The notes under the pieces were generated by a model, which worked only from the letters and a program-made list of their open reading frames with translations, did not search any database and was not told where the DNA came from. 64,000 nucleotides of DNA from an uncultured Clostridia bacterium (GTDB taxonomy: Bacteria > Bacillota > Clostridia > Lachnospirales > Lachnospiraceae): assembly GCA_947303805.1 (NCBI GenBank), contig CAMYZE010000006.1, positions 11,216 to 75,215 on the forward strand, given 5' to 3'. Positions 1 to 9,236 of this stretch are shown piece by piece (the first letter of the stretch is position 1; every line of letters starts with the position of its first letter). The translations under genes were made by a program, and so were the position numbers.

Positions 1-312
1 GAAGATTTTATGACGGTCGCTTATATAGGAGTGCTAATAGTCGAAATTATAAAGGCAAATATTGCGGTATTAACTATCATGCTTAGTAATAAGATAGAGA
101 TAGAACCATATTTTTGTCATTTTAAAACTGACTTAAAGAATCCAATACATAGAATATTACTTGCAAACTCTATAACTCTTACTCCTGGAACCATCACAGT
201 AGAGTTGTCAGAAAAAGGCGAGTATAAGGTTCATTGCCTTGATAAGAGTTTTGCTGATGGAATTGATGACTCCATATTTGTAAAAATGCTTAGAAAGATG
301 GAGGAATTATAG
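1..312 (+). CDS. mrpE: Mrp/Mnh-type antiporter complex subunit E (MbhA-like); 5' end cut by window edge
   Basis: ORF 10..312 stays open in frame back to base 1. It is a small protein with a hydrophobic N-part, separated by 1 nt from the F and G subunits that follow, matching the E-F-G order of Mrp/Mbh operons. Confidence 0.6.
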   Translation, partial: EDFMTVAYIGVLIVEIIKANIAVLTIMLSNKIEIEPYFCHFKTDLKNPIHRILLANSITLTPGTITVELSEKGEYKVHCLDKSFADGIDDSIFVKMLRKMEEL

Positions 313-313
313 T

Positions 314-655
314 ATGTCAGTAGTTAGTTTTCAAAATATAGTTTTTGTAGCATCGATGATTATACTTTCACTATCTATAATTGCAATTTTTTTAAGGGCA
401 ATTATAGGTCCAAGAGTTGCAGATAGAATCATTTGTATAAATATGATAGGTACTAAGATAATCATATTTATCTGTATGATAGCAGGATTCTTGAGAGAAG
501 ATTTCCTTATTGATGTGGCACTTGTATATGCACTTATAAACTTTATATCTATGGTTGTGCTCACTTATGCATATGGATATGCTTATGAGAAAAGAGAGTT
601 AGGGAAGGCAAAGAAAGTAGTAAAAAATGTATTAAAAAAAGGAGGCAAAAAATAG
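314..655 (+). CDS. mrpF: Mrp/Mnh antiporter subunit F (MbhB-like)
   Basis: 113 aa with about 3 TM helices. The GPRVADRI motif after the first helix is typical of the MnhF/PhaF family. Position fits between E and G. Confidence 0.7.
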   Translation: MSVVSFQNIVFVASMIILSLSIIAIFLRAIIGPRVADRIICINMIGTKIIIFICMIAGFLREDFLIDVALVYALINFISMVVLTYAYGYAYEKRELGKAKKVVKNVLKKGGKK

Positions 656-656
656 T

Positions 657-986
657 ATGGATATATTGACGATTTTAAGACTTGCTATAGGAACTATACT
701 TATATTCATTGGACTCCTTATAATTGTTCTTGCAATAATTGGAATCTATAGACTTAATTATGTGCTAAATAGAATGCATGTTGCTGCAACTTGTGATACC
801 CTTGGAATGCTATTCATACTTGTTGGGCTAGTATTTTTTGAGGGAATATCATTTACCACTTTGAAACTAGCATGTATAGTAGTGTTCTTTTGGATTTCAA
901 GCCCTATTTGTAGTCACTTGATCGCAAAGATAGAAAGCCAAACTAATAAAAATATAAATAAAGAGTGCGGGGAGATGAAAATATGA
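657..986 (+). CDS. mrpG: Mrp/Mnh antiporter subunit G (MbhC-like)
   Basis: 109 aa with 3 TM helices. It has the YRL..VLNRMH..A.CDTLG pattern of the PhaG/MnhG family. Its stop overlaps the next start (ATGA). Confidence 0.7.
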   Translation: MDILTILRLAIGTILIFIGLLIIVLAIIGIYRLNYVLNRMHVAATCDTLGMLFILVGLVFFEGISFTTLKLACIVVFFWISSPICSHLIAKIESQTNKNINKECGEMKI

Positions 987-1246
987 TTTATATTCAATAT
1001 CTATTAGTAGCATTTTTAGTTATATGTGCACTTTCAGTTTGTATAACAAATAATTTATTAGTTTCATTAATTATTTTTACTGCTTACAGTTTAGTTATGT
1101 CAGTTATATGGTTATTTCTTGAGTCACCTGACCTAGCTATAACTGAAGCTGCAGTTGGAGCTGGTATAACGAGTATATTATTTTTTATAACTCTCGTTAA
1201 GGTAAATAAAATGAATGAGGGGGATAATAGCAATGAGCAGTTTTAA
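983..1246 (+). CDS. DUF4040/MbhD-like small membrane subunit (equivalent to part of the MrpA C-terminus)
   Basis: An ATG at 983 overlaps the mrpG stop; the ORF track begins at an upstream GTG at 965. Product is about 87 aa with 3 TM helices and an ESPDLAITEAAVGAG motif typical of MbhD/DUF4040. Confidence 0.6.
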   Translation: MIYIQYLLVAFLVICALSVCITNNLLVSLIIFTAYSLVMSVIWLFLESPDLAITEAAVGAGITSILFFITLVKVNKMNEGDNSNEQF

Positions 1247-2135
1247 AGAAGTTATTAATTCATTTGTAGAAGGAACCCCTAATACTGATACAGTTATTAA
1301 TGTAAAAGAAAAGAGGACTTATAAGCACCATGAGAAAAGTCTGACTGAGAGACTCACTTCTATGATAGAGAAAGGCGAGAGTAAAGGCGCAAGAAATGCT
1401 TACACTGTCATCGCTGTTATCATGGCAATAGTTATCATAGGTTGTCTTATATATACAGTTTCATCACTTCCACCATTTGGCAATCCAAGTAACCCTGCAA
1501 ATAATGAGGTAGTTAGAAAGTACATAATGGATGGCATAGCCGATACTGGAGCTATCAACTTTGTAGCGGGGATGATCCTTGATTATAGAGCATTTGATAC
1601 TTTGGGTGAATCTACGGTTTTATTTATAGCAGCATCTGCAGTAATTATACTTTTATTTAGAAAGAAGACTAGCGCAGAAGAAAAAGCGGCTGACATTGAA
1701 GAAAAAATATACGAAGATAAGCATGATGTGATACTTAGACATGGAGCACTTATACTTGTTCCATTTACACTTATCTTTGGAATTTATGTAATATTAAATG
1801 GTCACCTATCACCTGGAGGAGGTTTTTCAGGTGGTACAATAATGGGAGCAGCTTTAATCCTTTATAATCTCGCATTTGGTGACAAGTCTACAAAAAAGTT
1901 CTTTAATTTTAAAGTTTATAAAGTTATCACAATAATAGCATTAAGTTTTTATGCGATATCAAAAACTTATTCATTCTATACAGGTGCAAATCATATACAT
2001 TCAATCATACCAAAGGGTATACCTGGAAATTTATTAAGTAGTGGACTCATACTTCCACTTAATATATGTGTAGGAATAGTTGTTGCCTGCACTATGTTTG
2101 GATTCTATTCTTTATTTGATAGGGAGGAAATCTAA
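1233..2135 (+). CDS. mrpB: MnhB-domain membrane subunit (MbhE/F-like, MrpB)
   Basis: The GAINFVAGMILDYRAFDTLGESTVL motif is characteristic of the MnhB domain. A GAGGGGG Shine-Dalgarno lies 8 nt before the ATG at 1233; the track start at 1215 overlaps the previous gene. Confidence 0.7.
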   Translation: MSSFKEVINSFVEGTPNTDTVINVKEKRTYKHHEKSLTERLTSMIEKGESKGARNAYTVIAVIMAIVIIGCLIYTVSSLPPFGNPSNPANNEVVRKYIMDGIADTGAINFVAGMILDYRAFDTLGESTVLFIAASAVIILLFRKKTSAEEKAADIEEKIYEDKHDVILRHGALILVPFTLIFGIYVILNGHLSPGGGFSGGTIMGAALILYNLAFGDKSTKKFFNFKVYKVITIIALSFYAISKTYSFYTGANHIHSIIPKGIPGNLLSSGLILPLNICVGIVVACTMFGFYSLFDREEI

Positions 2136-2518
2136 TGTTTAGTGGACTTATAAATAATTTCTATGAGACGGCAGCTATAATAGTTTTTGGAATTGGCTTC
2201 GTAACTTTACTTCTCAATAGAAATATAATAAAGAAAATTATTGGTTTCAACTTTATGGATACTGCCATTTACCTTTTCCTTGCATCAAAGGGTTATATCT
2301 CTGGTAGGATGGCACCAATCCTTTATAATGAGACAACACCAACACTTACAAAATATATAAATCCAGTTCCGGCAGGACTTGTACTTACTGGTATCGTTGT
2401 ATCTGTAAGTTTCACTGCTTTCTTTTTGGCTATAGCAGTTAGACTTTATAGAGAGTACAATACATTGGATTTACATGAGATAGTATCTATGATGAATAAA
2501 GAGGAGAATGAAGAGTAA
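2135..2518 (+). CDS. mrpC: Mrp subunit C / NuoK-like (MbhG-like)
   Basis: 127 aa with 3 TM helices and NuoK/MnhC-like size and layout. Start and stop are both coupled to neighbouring genes. Confidence 0.65.
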   Translation: MFSGLINNFYETAAIIVFGIGFVTLLLNRNIIKKIIGFNFMDTAIYLFLASKGYISGRMAPILYNETTPTLTKYINPVPAGLVLTGIVVSVSFTAFFLAIAVRLYREYNTLDLHEIVSMMNKEENEE

Positions 2519-4032
2519 TGGATAAATATTATGTAATAAATGATATAGTACAGAATTTTCCTTTTATTTCTATAATACTTTCACTTTTTACAGGAATTCT
2601 TTGTGCAGCAGTTAAACCTAAAAAAGCAATGGGGATCTGCTTCTTTAATCTTATAGTTTGCTTTGTGTTGTCGCTTATGACGCTTATCTATTGTATCAAT
2701 AATGGCGACTACTATGTGTATATGATGGGTCATTTCCCTGCACCTTTTGGAAATGAGATAAGAGTGGGCGTTCTTGAAGCACTTATGGCTACAGCATTTG
2801 CACTTGTAATGCTTTTATCATTACTTGGTGGTCTTAAGCACATTTTTCATGATGTATTACCTGAAAAGCAAAACTACTATTTCTTGATGATGGAGTTACT
2901 TTATACTTCACTTATAGCACTTATTTATACAAATGACTTGTTTACAGCATATGTATTTGTAGAGATAAATACACTTACTGCTTGTGCCATAGTTATGTTA
3001 AAGCATAGTAAAGAAACTTTGGTTGCTACAGCAAGATATCTCATGATGAGCTTACTCGGCTCTGGTCTCATAATGATAGGAATAAGTATTTTATATGACA
3101 TAACTGGACATTTACTTATGTCAAATATAAAAGAGTCAGTAGTAGCACTTGCAGGTGCAGGCCAGTATAGACTTCCTATAGAAGTTGTGATTTGTCTTTT
3201 TGCAATTGGTCTTGGCATAAAGTCAGCACTCTATCCATTCCATTCATGGCTACCTGATGCACATGGATCATCAACATCTGGTTCGTCAGCAGTTTTATCA
3301 GGACTTGTTCTTAAAGCATACATCATTTTACTTATAAAGATGGTATATAGAGTATTTAGTATAGAAGTTATAAGAGGCTCAAAAGTTTTAGATATATTAT
3401 TTGTGCTCGGTGTCCTTGCGATGACAATTGGTTCTATCAAGGCAATCAATTCAAGAGACTTAAAGAGAATGATTGCATATTCATCAGTAGCTCAAATTGG
3501 ATACATTTATCTTGGAATCGGTCTTGGAAATGATGCAGGTATGATAGCAGCTTGCTTTCAAATATTAGTTCATGCATTCACTAAGCCAATGCTATTTAAT
3601 ACTGCAGGTGCATTTATGGATGAAGCACACGGCAGTAGAAAGTTTAAAGATTTAGTGGGAGCAGCACGAAAGAACTTGTGGGCAGGAATAGGATTTGCAG
3701 TCGGAGCATTTTCTATGATAGGTATACCACTCTTTGGTGGATTCGTTGTAAAGTACAATCTTGCACTTGCAGCACTTCCTACAAATAGAGCGGTCCTTGC
3801 ACTAATTGCACTTGTTATAAGTACAGTCTTAAATGCAATATATTATGTGCCAGCACTTATGGTTTTATTTAAGAAAACGAGTACAAGTTCTAAGATAAAA
3901 GTTTTTGCTGATAAGAATGATGTGCCATTTATATTCTCAAACGGAGTATTCATAATTTGCAATTTTGTTTTAGGAATTATGTCACCATTTTTTATAACAC
4001 TTATAACTATGGGATTAAATAAATTTGCTTAA
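2518..4032 (+). CDS. mrpD: Antiporter-like subunit, NuoM/N-MrpD family (copy 1, MbhH-like)
   Basis: 504 aa polytopic protein. Proton_antipo_M hallmarks are present: HSWLPDAH, SGLVLK, MIAYSSVAQIGY. Confidence 0.8.
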   Translation: MDKYYVINDIVQNFPFISIILSLFTGILCAAVKPKKAMGICFFNLIVCFVLSLMTLIYCINNGDYYVYMMGHFPAPFGNEIRVGVLEALMATAFALVMLLSLLGGLKHIFHDVLPEKQNYYFLMMELLYTSLIALIYTNDLFTAYVFVEINTLTACAIVMLKHSKETLVATARYLMMSLLGSGLIMIGISILYDITGHLLMSNIKESVVALAGAGQYRLPIEVVICLFAIGLGIKSALYPFHSWLPDAHGSSTSGSSAVLSGLVLKAYIILLIKMVYRVFSIEVIRGSKVLDILFVLGVLAMTIGSIKAINSRDLKRMIAYSSVAQIGYIYLGIGLGNDAGMIAACFQILVHAFTKPMLFNTAGAFMDEAHGSRKFKDLVGAARKNLWAGIGFAVGAFSMIGIPLFGGFVVKYNLALAALPTNRAVLALIALVISTVLNAIYYVPALMVLFKKTSTSSKIKVFADKNDVPFIFSNGVFIICNFVLGIMSPFFITLITMGLNKFA

Positions 4033-4073
4033 TATATAAATATACGAATAATATAATTTTAGGAGTAACAAAT

Positions 4074-5546
4074 ATGAAGGATTATATGCTTTTATTACCA
4101 GTAGTATTTCCTGCTATCGCAGCACTTTTTACTTTGGTAATAAAGAAACAATTTTCAGACAGAGGTTTTAGAACAGTGTATGTAGGAGTAGTTCTCGCAC
4201 TTACACTTGTATTTAACTTCTATGCAATCTTGAATTACAAAGGACTCACATTGTTTTATCTTACTAAGACTCTACCTATTGAGTTTAGAGTAGATGGTAT
4301 GACTATCTTGTTCAATAGTATAGTAACTATAATGTGGTTCCTTGCAGGAGTATTTTCATTTGAATATATGAAGCATGAGGACAATAATGAAAGCTTCTAT
4401 TTATTCTATTTGCTCACTGAGTCAGTGCTTATAGCTTTAGGAATGGCATCAAACTTCATGACACTTTATTTATTCTATGAGTTCATGACATTCTTGTCAT
4501 TGCCACTTGCACTTCATACAAGAACAAAAGAAGCCATCAGTGGTGGTCTTAAATATTTGTTCTACTCAGTATTTGGTGCGTCACTTGCGCTTGTAGGATT
4601 TTTCTTCATGAATCAATATGGAGATATCACTTTTAGAGCTGGTGGAACTTTGATAGCAAGCAGAGTTTTAGGTAATGAAGCTCTTCTCAAAGTGATTTTC
4701 TTCTTAACAATATTAGGATTTAGTGCAAAAGCAGGTATGTTCCCACTTCACGGATGGCTTCCATCTGCTCACCCTGTAGCACCTGCACCTGCATCAGCAG
4801 TTTTGTCTGGTGTAATCACTAAGGCTGGTGTGCTTGCTATAATAAGAGTTATTTATTATCAAGTTGGTGTAAATTTCCTTCGCGGAACTTGGGTTCAATA
4901 TGCATTTATGACTTTGGCACTCATCACAGTGTTTATGGGTTCTATGATGGCTTATAAAGAAAAAGTTTTGAAGAAGAGACTTGCATATTCATCAGTCAGC
5001 CAAGTTTCTTATGTGCTCTTTGGTCTTTCTACTATGACCCCAATTGGATTTGTAGGAGCACTTCTTCAAGTAGTATTCCACTCAATTGCAAAGAACCTTC
5101 TCTTTATGGGAGCAGGTGCAATTATATATAAAGAGCATAAAACTATGGTTGCAGAACTCAAAGGAATAGGAAAGAATATGCCTATCACCATGTGGTGTTT
5201 CACTATTGGAGGACTTGCACTTGTAGGTATACCACCACTTACAGGTTTTGTAAGTAAATGGTATCTCGCTCAAGGTTCACTTGTATCAGGCGTTCCAACA
5301 TTAAATTATGTAGGACCAATAATTCTTCTTGCATCAGCACTTCTTACAGCAGGATATTTAGTTACTATATCAATTAGTGCATTTATACCTGGTGTAGATT
5401 TTGATTATAAGAAAGTAAAGAATACAGAACCAAATATGTATATGTTATTCCCACTTGTATTGCTTGCAGTAGCTTGTGTTGTATGTGGTACATTCTCAAC
5501 ACCGCTAATAAACTTCTTTACTAATATAGCAAGTACAATTATGTAA
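4074..5546 (+). CDS. mrpD: Antiporter-like subunit, NuoM/N-MrpD family (copy 2)
   Basis: 490 aa with the motifs HGWLPSAHPVAPAPASAVLSG and RLAYSSVSQVSY. Confidence 0.8.
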   Translation: MKDYMLLLPVVFPAIAALFTLVIKKQFSDRGFRTVYVGVVLALTLVFNFYAILNYKGLTLFYLTKTLPIEFRVDGMTILFNSIVTIMWFLAGVFSFEYMKHEDNNESFYLFYLLTESVLIALGMASNFMTLYLFYEFMTFLSLPLALHTRTKEAISGGLKYLFYSVFGASLALVGFFFMNQYGDITFRAGGTLIASRVLGNEALLKVIFFLTILGFSAKAGMFPLHGWLPSAHPVAPAPASAVLSGVITKAGVLAIIRVIYYQVGVNFLRGTWVQYAFMTLALITVFMGSMMAYKEKVLKKRLAYSSVSQVSYVLFGLSTMTPIGFVGALLQVVFHSIAKNLLFMGAGAIIYKEHKTMVAELKGIGKNMPITMWCFTIGGLALVGIPPLTGFVSKWYLAQGSLVSGVPTLNYVGPIILLASALLTAGYLVTISISAFIPGVDFDYKKVKNTEPNMYMLFPLVLLAVACVVCGTFSTPLINFFTNIASTIM

Positions 5547-5552
5547 TTAATG

Positions 5553-5575
5553 GGGCTCGCATAGCTCGCCCGTAC
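5553..5575 (-). repeat. REP-like repeat GTAsGGGCGAG-N5-CGAGCCC (reverse orientation)
   Basis: The + strand reads GGGCTCGCATAGCTCGCCCGTAC, between mrpD copies 2 and 3. It is followed by GAGCCCGGAGG, which supplies the RBS. Confidence 0.7.
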
Positions 5576-5592
5576 AGAGCCCGGAGGAATGA

Positions 5593-7059
5593 ATGATTGT
5601 TTTAGCAGGTATACTGCTTCCAATTGTAGCAGGATTATTAATACCAGTTTTAAAACTTAATAATCAAACAAGAAATGTATATGTTGTAGTTTCAGCATTC
5701 GCATCTAGTGTATTAGCATTTTACATAGCATTTGCAAGCAACTTTACAACATTTACATTACTACATCTTAATAAGATATTTTCAATCGGTTTTAAAATAG
5801 ATGGACTATCAAAAATATTTTTACTAATTATAGCGATACTCTGGCCTATAGCTACATTATATGCTACAGAGTACATGCAACACGAAGAAAACCAAGATTC
5901 ATTTTTTAGATATTATCTTATAGCGTTTGGCATAGCACTTGGACTTTCATTTAGTAAAAATGCTATTACCATGTATCTATTTTATGAGTTACTTACATTT
6001 TTGACACTACCACTTATAATGCATGACTTTTATGATAAAAGAGCACAATATGCTGGTAAAGTCTACTTGATTGTATCAGTATTGGGGGCGGCAACAGCAC
6101 TTATCGGTATTGTAATTTTTACAAGTATTGTTCCATCAGTTGAGTTTGTACAGGGTGGAGTGTTAGAAGCGGTTTCTTATAGAAATAATTATATTTTAAT
6201 AAATATTGCATACATACTTTGTTTTATAGGATTTGGTGTAAAAGCTGCAATTATACCATTTACTTATTGGCTCTCAGTCTGTGGTGTAGCACCAACTCCA
6301 GTGTCAGCACTATTACATGCAGTTGCTGTTGTAAAGGCTGGAACATTTGCAATAATGAGAGTTACTTTCTATCTTTTTGGCAACACGAATATGTATGACT
6401 CATTTGCGAAAAGGGTAGTAACAGTGATAGCTATTGTAACTATAATATACAGTTCTATAATGGCTGTAAGAGAGAAACAGATAAAGAGAAGACTTGCATA
6501 TAGTACGGCTAGCAATCTTTCATACATATTATTTGCTGTAGCACTAATGACAAAATCTGGATTTGCTGCAGGAATGACACATATGATATTTCATGCGATT
6601 ATAAAAATTAACTTATTTTTTATAGCAGGAGCAATAATTATATACTCGCATAGAGAATATGTAGATGATATGAAAGGTATAGCAAAGAAAATGCCAATAG
6701 CGATGTTTGCATTTTTAGTAGCTTCACTTGCCATGGTAGGCATACCACTCACATGTGGTTTCGTAAGTAAGTATGCTCTTATCACTTCGGCAATAGAAGC
6801 AAACACTTTTTTATCGCTTGTAGGAATAGTCGCTTTAGTTATCTCATCACTTTTAACTTTAATATATTTATTTAATATAGTTATAATTGCTTATATACCT
6901 GGTGAAAACTTTGACTACAACACTTTAAAGGATGTAAAAGCACCAGGCAAAGTTATGAGATTTGTGTTTATATTAATTACATTAATGATAATATATTTCG
7001 GCGTTAATTCCGATTCGTTACTAAACTTTATAGAATCAGTAGCGAATGGAATAGCTTAG
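5593..7059 (+). CDS. mrpD: Antiporter-like subunit, NuoM/N-MrpD family (copy 3, more divergent)
   Basis: 488 aa with the motifs APTPVSALLHAVAVVKAG and RLAYSTASNLSY. The usual H.WLP motif is replaced by TYWLSV. Confidence 0.75.
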   Translation: MIVLAGILLPIVAGLLIPVLKLNNQTRNVYVVVSAFASSVLAFYIAFASNFTTFTLLHLNKIFSIGFKIDGLSKIFLLIIAILWPIATLYATEYMQHEENQDSFFRYYLIAFGIALGLSFSKNAITMYLFYELLTFLTLPLIMHDFYDKRAQYAGKVYLIVSVLGAATALIGIVIFTSIVPSVEFVQGGVLEAVSYRNNYILINIAYILCFIGFGVKAAIIPFTYWLSVCGVAPTPVSALLHAVAVVKAGTFAIMRVTFYLFGNTNMYDSFAKRVVTVIAIVTIIYSSIMAVREKQIKRRLAYSTASNLSYILFAVALMTKSGFAAGMTHMIFHAIIKINLFFIAGAIIIYSHREYVDDMKGIAKKMPIAMFAFLVASLAMVGIPLTCGFVSKYALITSAIEANTFLSLVGIVALVISSLLTLIYLFNIVIIAYIPGENFDYNTLKDVKAPGKVMRFVFILITLMIIYFGVNSDSLLNFIESVANGIA

Positions 7060-7067
7060 GAGGCACT

Positions 7068-9185
7068 GTGAAAGGTTCAGTTTTATTATTTTTAGTTCTT
7101 TTTCCAATAGTGGGAGCATTTATATCTTACTTAATTGGTAGGAGAAACAAAACTTTGAGAGACTATTTTGCTGCACTTGTGTGTATCATTGATTTACTTG
7201 TGATGATATTCTTATTTACAGTAGCAGTAAAAGGTGAGGTTTTACATTATTATGTATATAATATCTGTGGTCAATATTTGCATCTAGAGTTAGATGGCTT
7301 TAGAGCAATATATGGAACTATTTGTGCATTTATGTGGTCTATGACTACATTATTTTCACATGAATATTTCCATCACTACAGAAATAGAAATAGATATTAT
7401 TTCTTCTTGCTTTTGACTTTTGCTGGAACGATGGGCGTATTTTTATCAGGTAATCTTTTCACTACATTTGTTTTCTTTGAACTTATGTCAATGGCATCAT
7501 ATGTAATGGTAGTACATGATGAAAAACCAGCTGCTATGAGAGCAGGAGATACTTATCTTATGATAGCAGTTCTCGGCGGTATGGTTATGCTCATGGGGTT
7601 ATTCCTTATGTCAAATGCAGTAGGAACTCTTGAAATAGACGAATTACATGAAGCTGTAACATCTTATCTTGCAGAGGGTGGAAGTGTGAAGACCATCTGG
7701 GCATCTGCAATGTGTATGCTATTTGGTTTTGGAGCAAAGGCAGGTATGTTCCCTGTTCACATTTGGCTCCCAAAGGCTCACCCTGTAGCACCAGCTCCAG
7801 CATCAGCACTTCTTTCTGGTATACTTACCAAATCTGGTGTATATGGAATCTTAATTATTACATCAAGAATATTCTTATATGACCCAACTTATGGAAAATT
7901 AATACTTGGAATTGGTACTATCACAATGTTCCTTGGTGCATTCCTTGCACTATTCTCAGTGGATTTGAAGAGAACACTCGCTTGTTCTTCTATGTCACAA
8001 ATAGGATTTATATTAGTTGCTTGTGGTATGCAAGCACTGCTTGGACATCATAATGCTTATGCAGTTCGTGGCGCACTTCTTCATATGGTAAACCACTCAG
8101 TATTTAAACTTATACTCTTCATGGTTGCCGGTGCTGTATACATGAATTTACATAAGTTAAACTTAAATGATATAAGAGGATTTGGAAGAGGAAAGTGGTT
8201 TTTAAATTTTGCTTATCTTATGGGTTACATAGGTATAGCAGGTGTACCACTTTGGAGTGGATATGTGTCAAAAACTTTAATTCACGATGCCATACTTCAT
8301 TATCTTCATGAACTTCATCATGAAGGTATACATGGTTTTTGGCAATATGATATCTATAGTATAGTAGAATGGATTTTCACTATTTCTGGTGGACTTACGT
8401 TTGCATATATGACAAAACTATATATCGCAGTTTTCTGGGAAAAGAATGTAGATGCATCTGTTCAAAAGAAATATGATGATATGAATAAGACTTATATAAG
8501 TCCGCTTTCAAAATTTGCTATTGGTCTATCAGCACTTATCCCACCACTCTTTGGATTTACTTCTACAATAATGGATAGAGTAAATAAATATAATCTTGGA
8601 CTTATGGATAAACTTGCTGATGTCGGCGAGACATTTATGACTGAAGGTGGACATGCATTTGAACATGCTGATAAGTTCCTTGATATATTTAGTGTGGATT
8701 GCCTTGTAGGCGCAGGCAAGTCACTTATAATTGGAGCATTAGTATACTTATTATTCATAAGAACACTTCTTATGAGAAGAGAAAATGGTAAGAGAGTATA
8801 TGTAAATGTATGGCCAGCTTGGCTTGACCTTGAGGACTCAGTTTATAGACCATTAGTTATGGTGGGACTTGTAAATCTTTGCGGATTTATTTGTTCTATA
8901 TTTGATAATTTTACAACTTTCGTCACACCTATAATCATATTTGTTTTATCATTCATATTTAGAATATGTGATAAATTAGTAGATGGAATAGTATCATTCT
9001 TAAGGTCTACACTTTTTGTCGCAATTAACACAATCAAATCTGGAGATGCATTTGCAGTATTAAATGTAGAATCAGATAGTTCTAAGGCAGTTAAAACTGT
9101 TACTGATAGTTTATCTGTTAGTTTGTTATTATTTTGCTTAGGCTTATGCATAGCACTTATCTATCTCGTAGTGCTTAATGGTTAG
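7068..9185 (+). CDS. mrpA: NuoL/MrpA-like antiporter subunit with long C-terminal extension
   Basis: GTG start. 705 aa with the motifs HIWLPKAHPVAPAPASALLSG and LACSSMSQIGF, plus about 250 extra C-terminal residues with further helices, as in NuoL/MrpA. Confidence 0.75.
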   Translation: MKGSVLLFLVLFPIVGAFISYLIGRRNKTLRDYFAALVCIIDLLVMIFLFTVAVKGEVLHYYVYNICGQYLHLELDGFRAIYGTICAFMWSMTTLFSHEYFHHYRNRNRYYFFLLLTFAGTMGVFLSGNLFTTFVFFELMSMASYVMVVHDEKPAAMRAGDTYLMIAVLGGMVMLMGLFLMSNAVGTLEIDELHEAVTSYLAEGGSVKTIWASAMCMLFGFGAKAGMFPVHIWLPKAHPVAPAPASALLSGILTKSGVYGILIITSRIFLYDPTYGKLILGIGTITMFLGAFLALFSVDLKRTLACSSMSQIGFILVACGMQALLGHHNAYAVRGALLHMVNHSVFKLILFMVAGAVYMNLHKLNLNDIRGFGRGKWFLNFAYLMGYIGIAGVPLWSGYVSKTLIHDAILHYLHELHHEGIHGFWQYDIYSIVEWIFTISGGLTFAYMTKLYIAVFWEKNVDASVQKKYDDMNKTYISPLSKFAIGLSALIPPLFGFTSTIMDRVNKYNLGLMDKLADVGETFMTEGGHAFEHADKFLDIFSVDCLVGAGKSLIIGALVYLLFIRTLLMRRENGKRVYVNVWPAWLDLEDSVYRPLVMVGLVNLCGFICSIFDNFTTFVTPIIIFVLSFIFRICDKLVDGIVSFLRSTLFVAINTIKSGDAFAVLNVESDSSKAVKTVTDSLSVSLLLFCLGLCIALIYLVVLNG

Positions 9186-9236
9186 TCTTGGCATTTAATA
9201 TAAAAAAAATTTAAAGTTTTAGGGAGGACTTTAAAA

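Noticed and set aside
1-9185. Membrane-bound NiFe hydrogenase (Mbh) or complex I.
   Set aside because: Only Mrp-type membrane subunits are present. No NuoB/C/D/H/I-like or NiFe large or small subunit genes occur in the window. The region upstream of base 1 is unseen.
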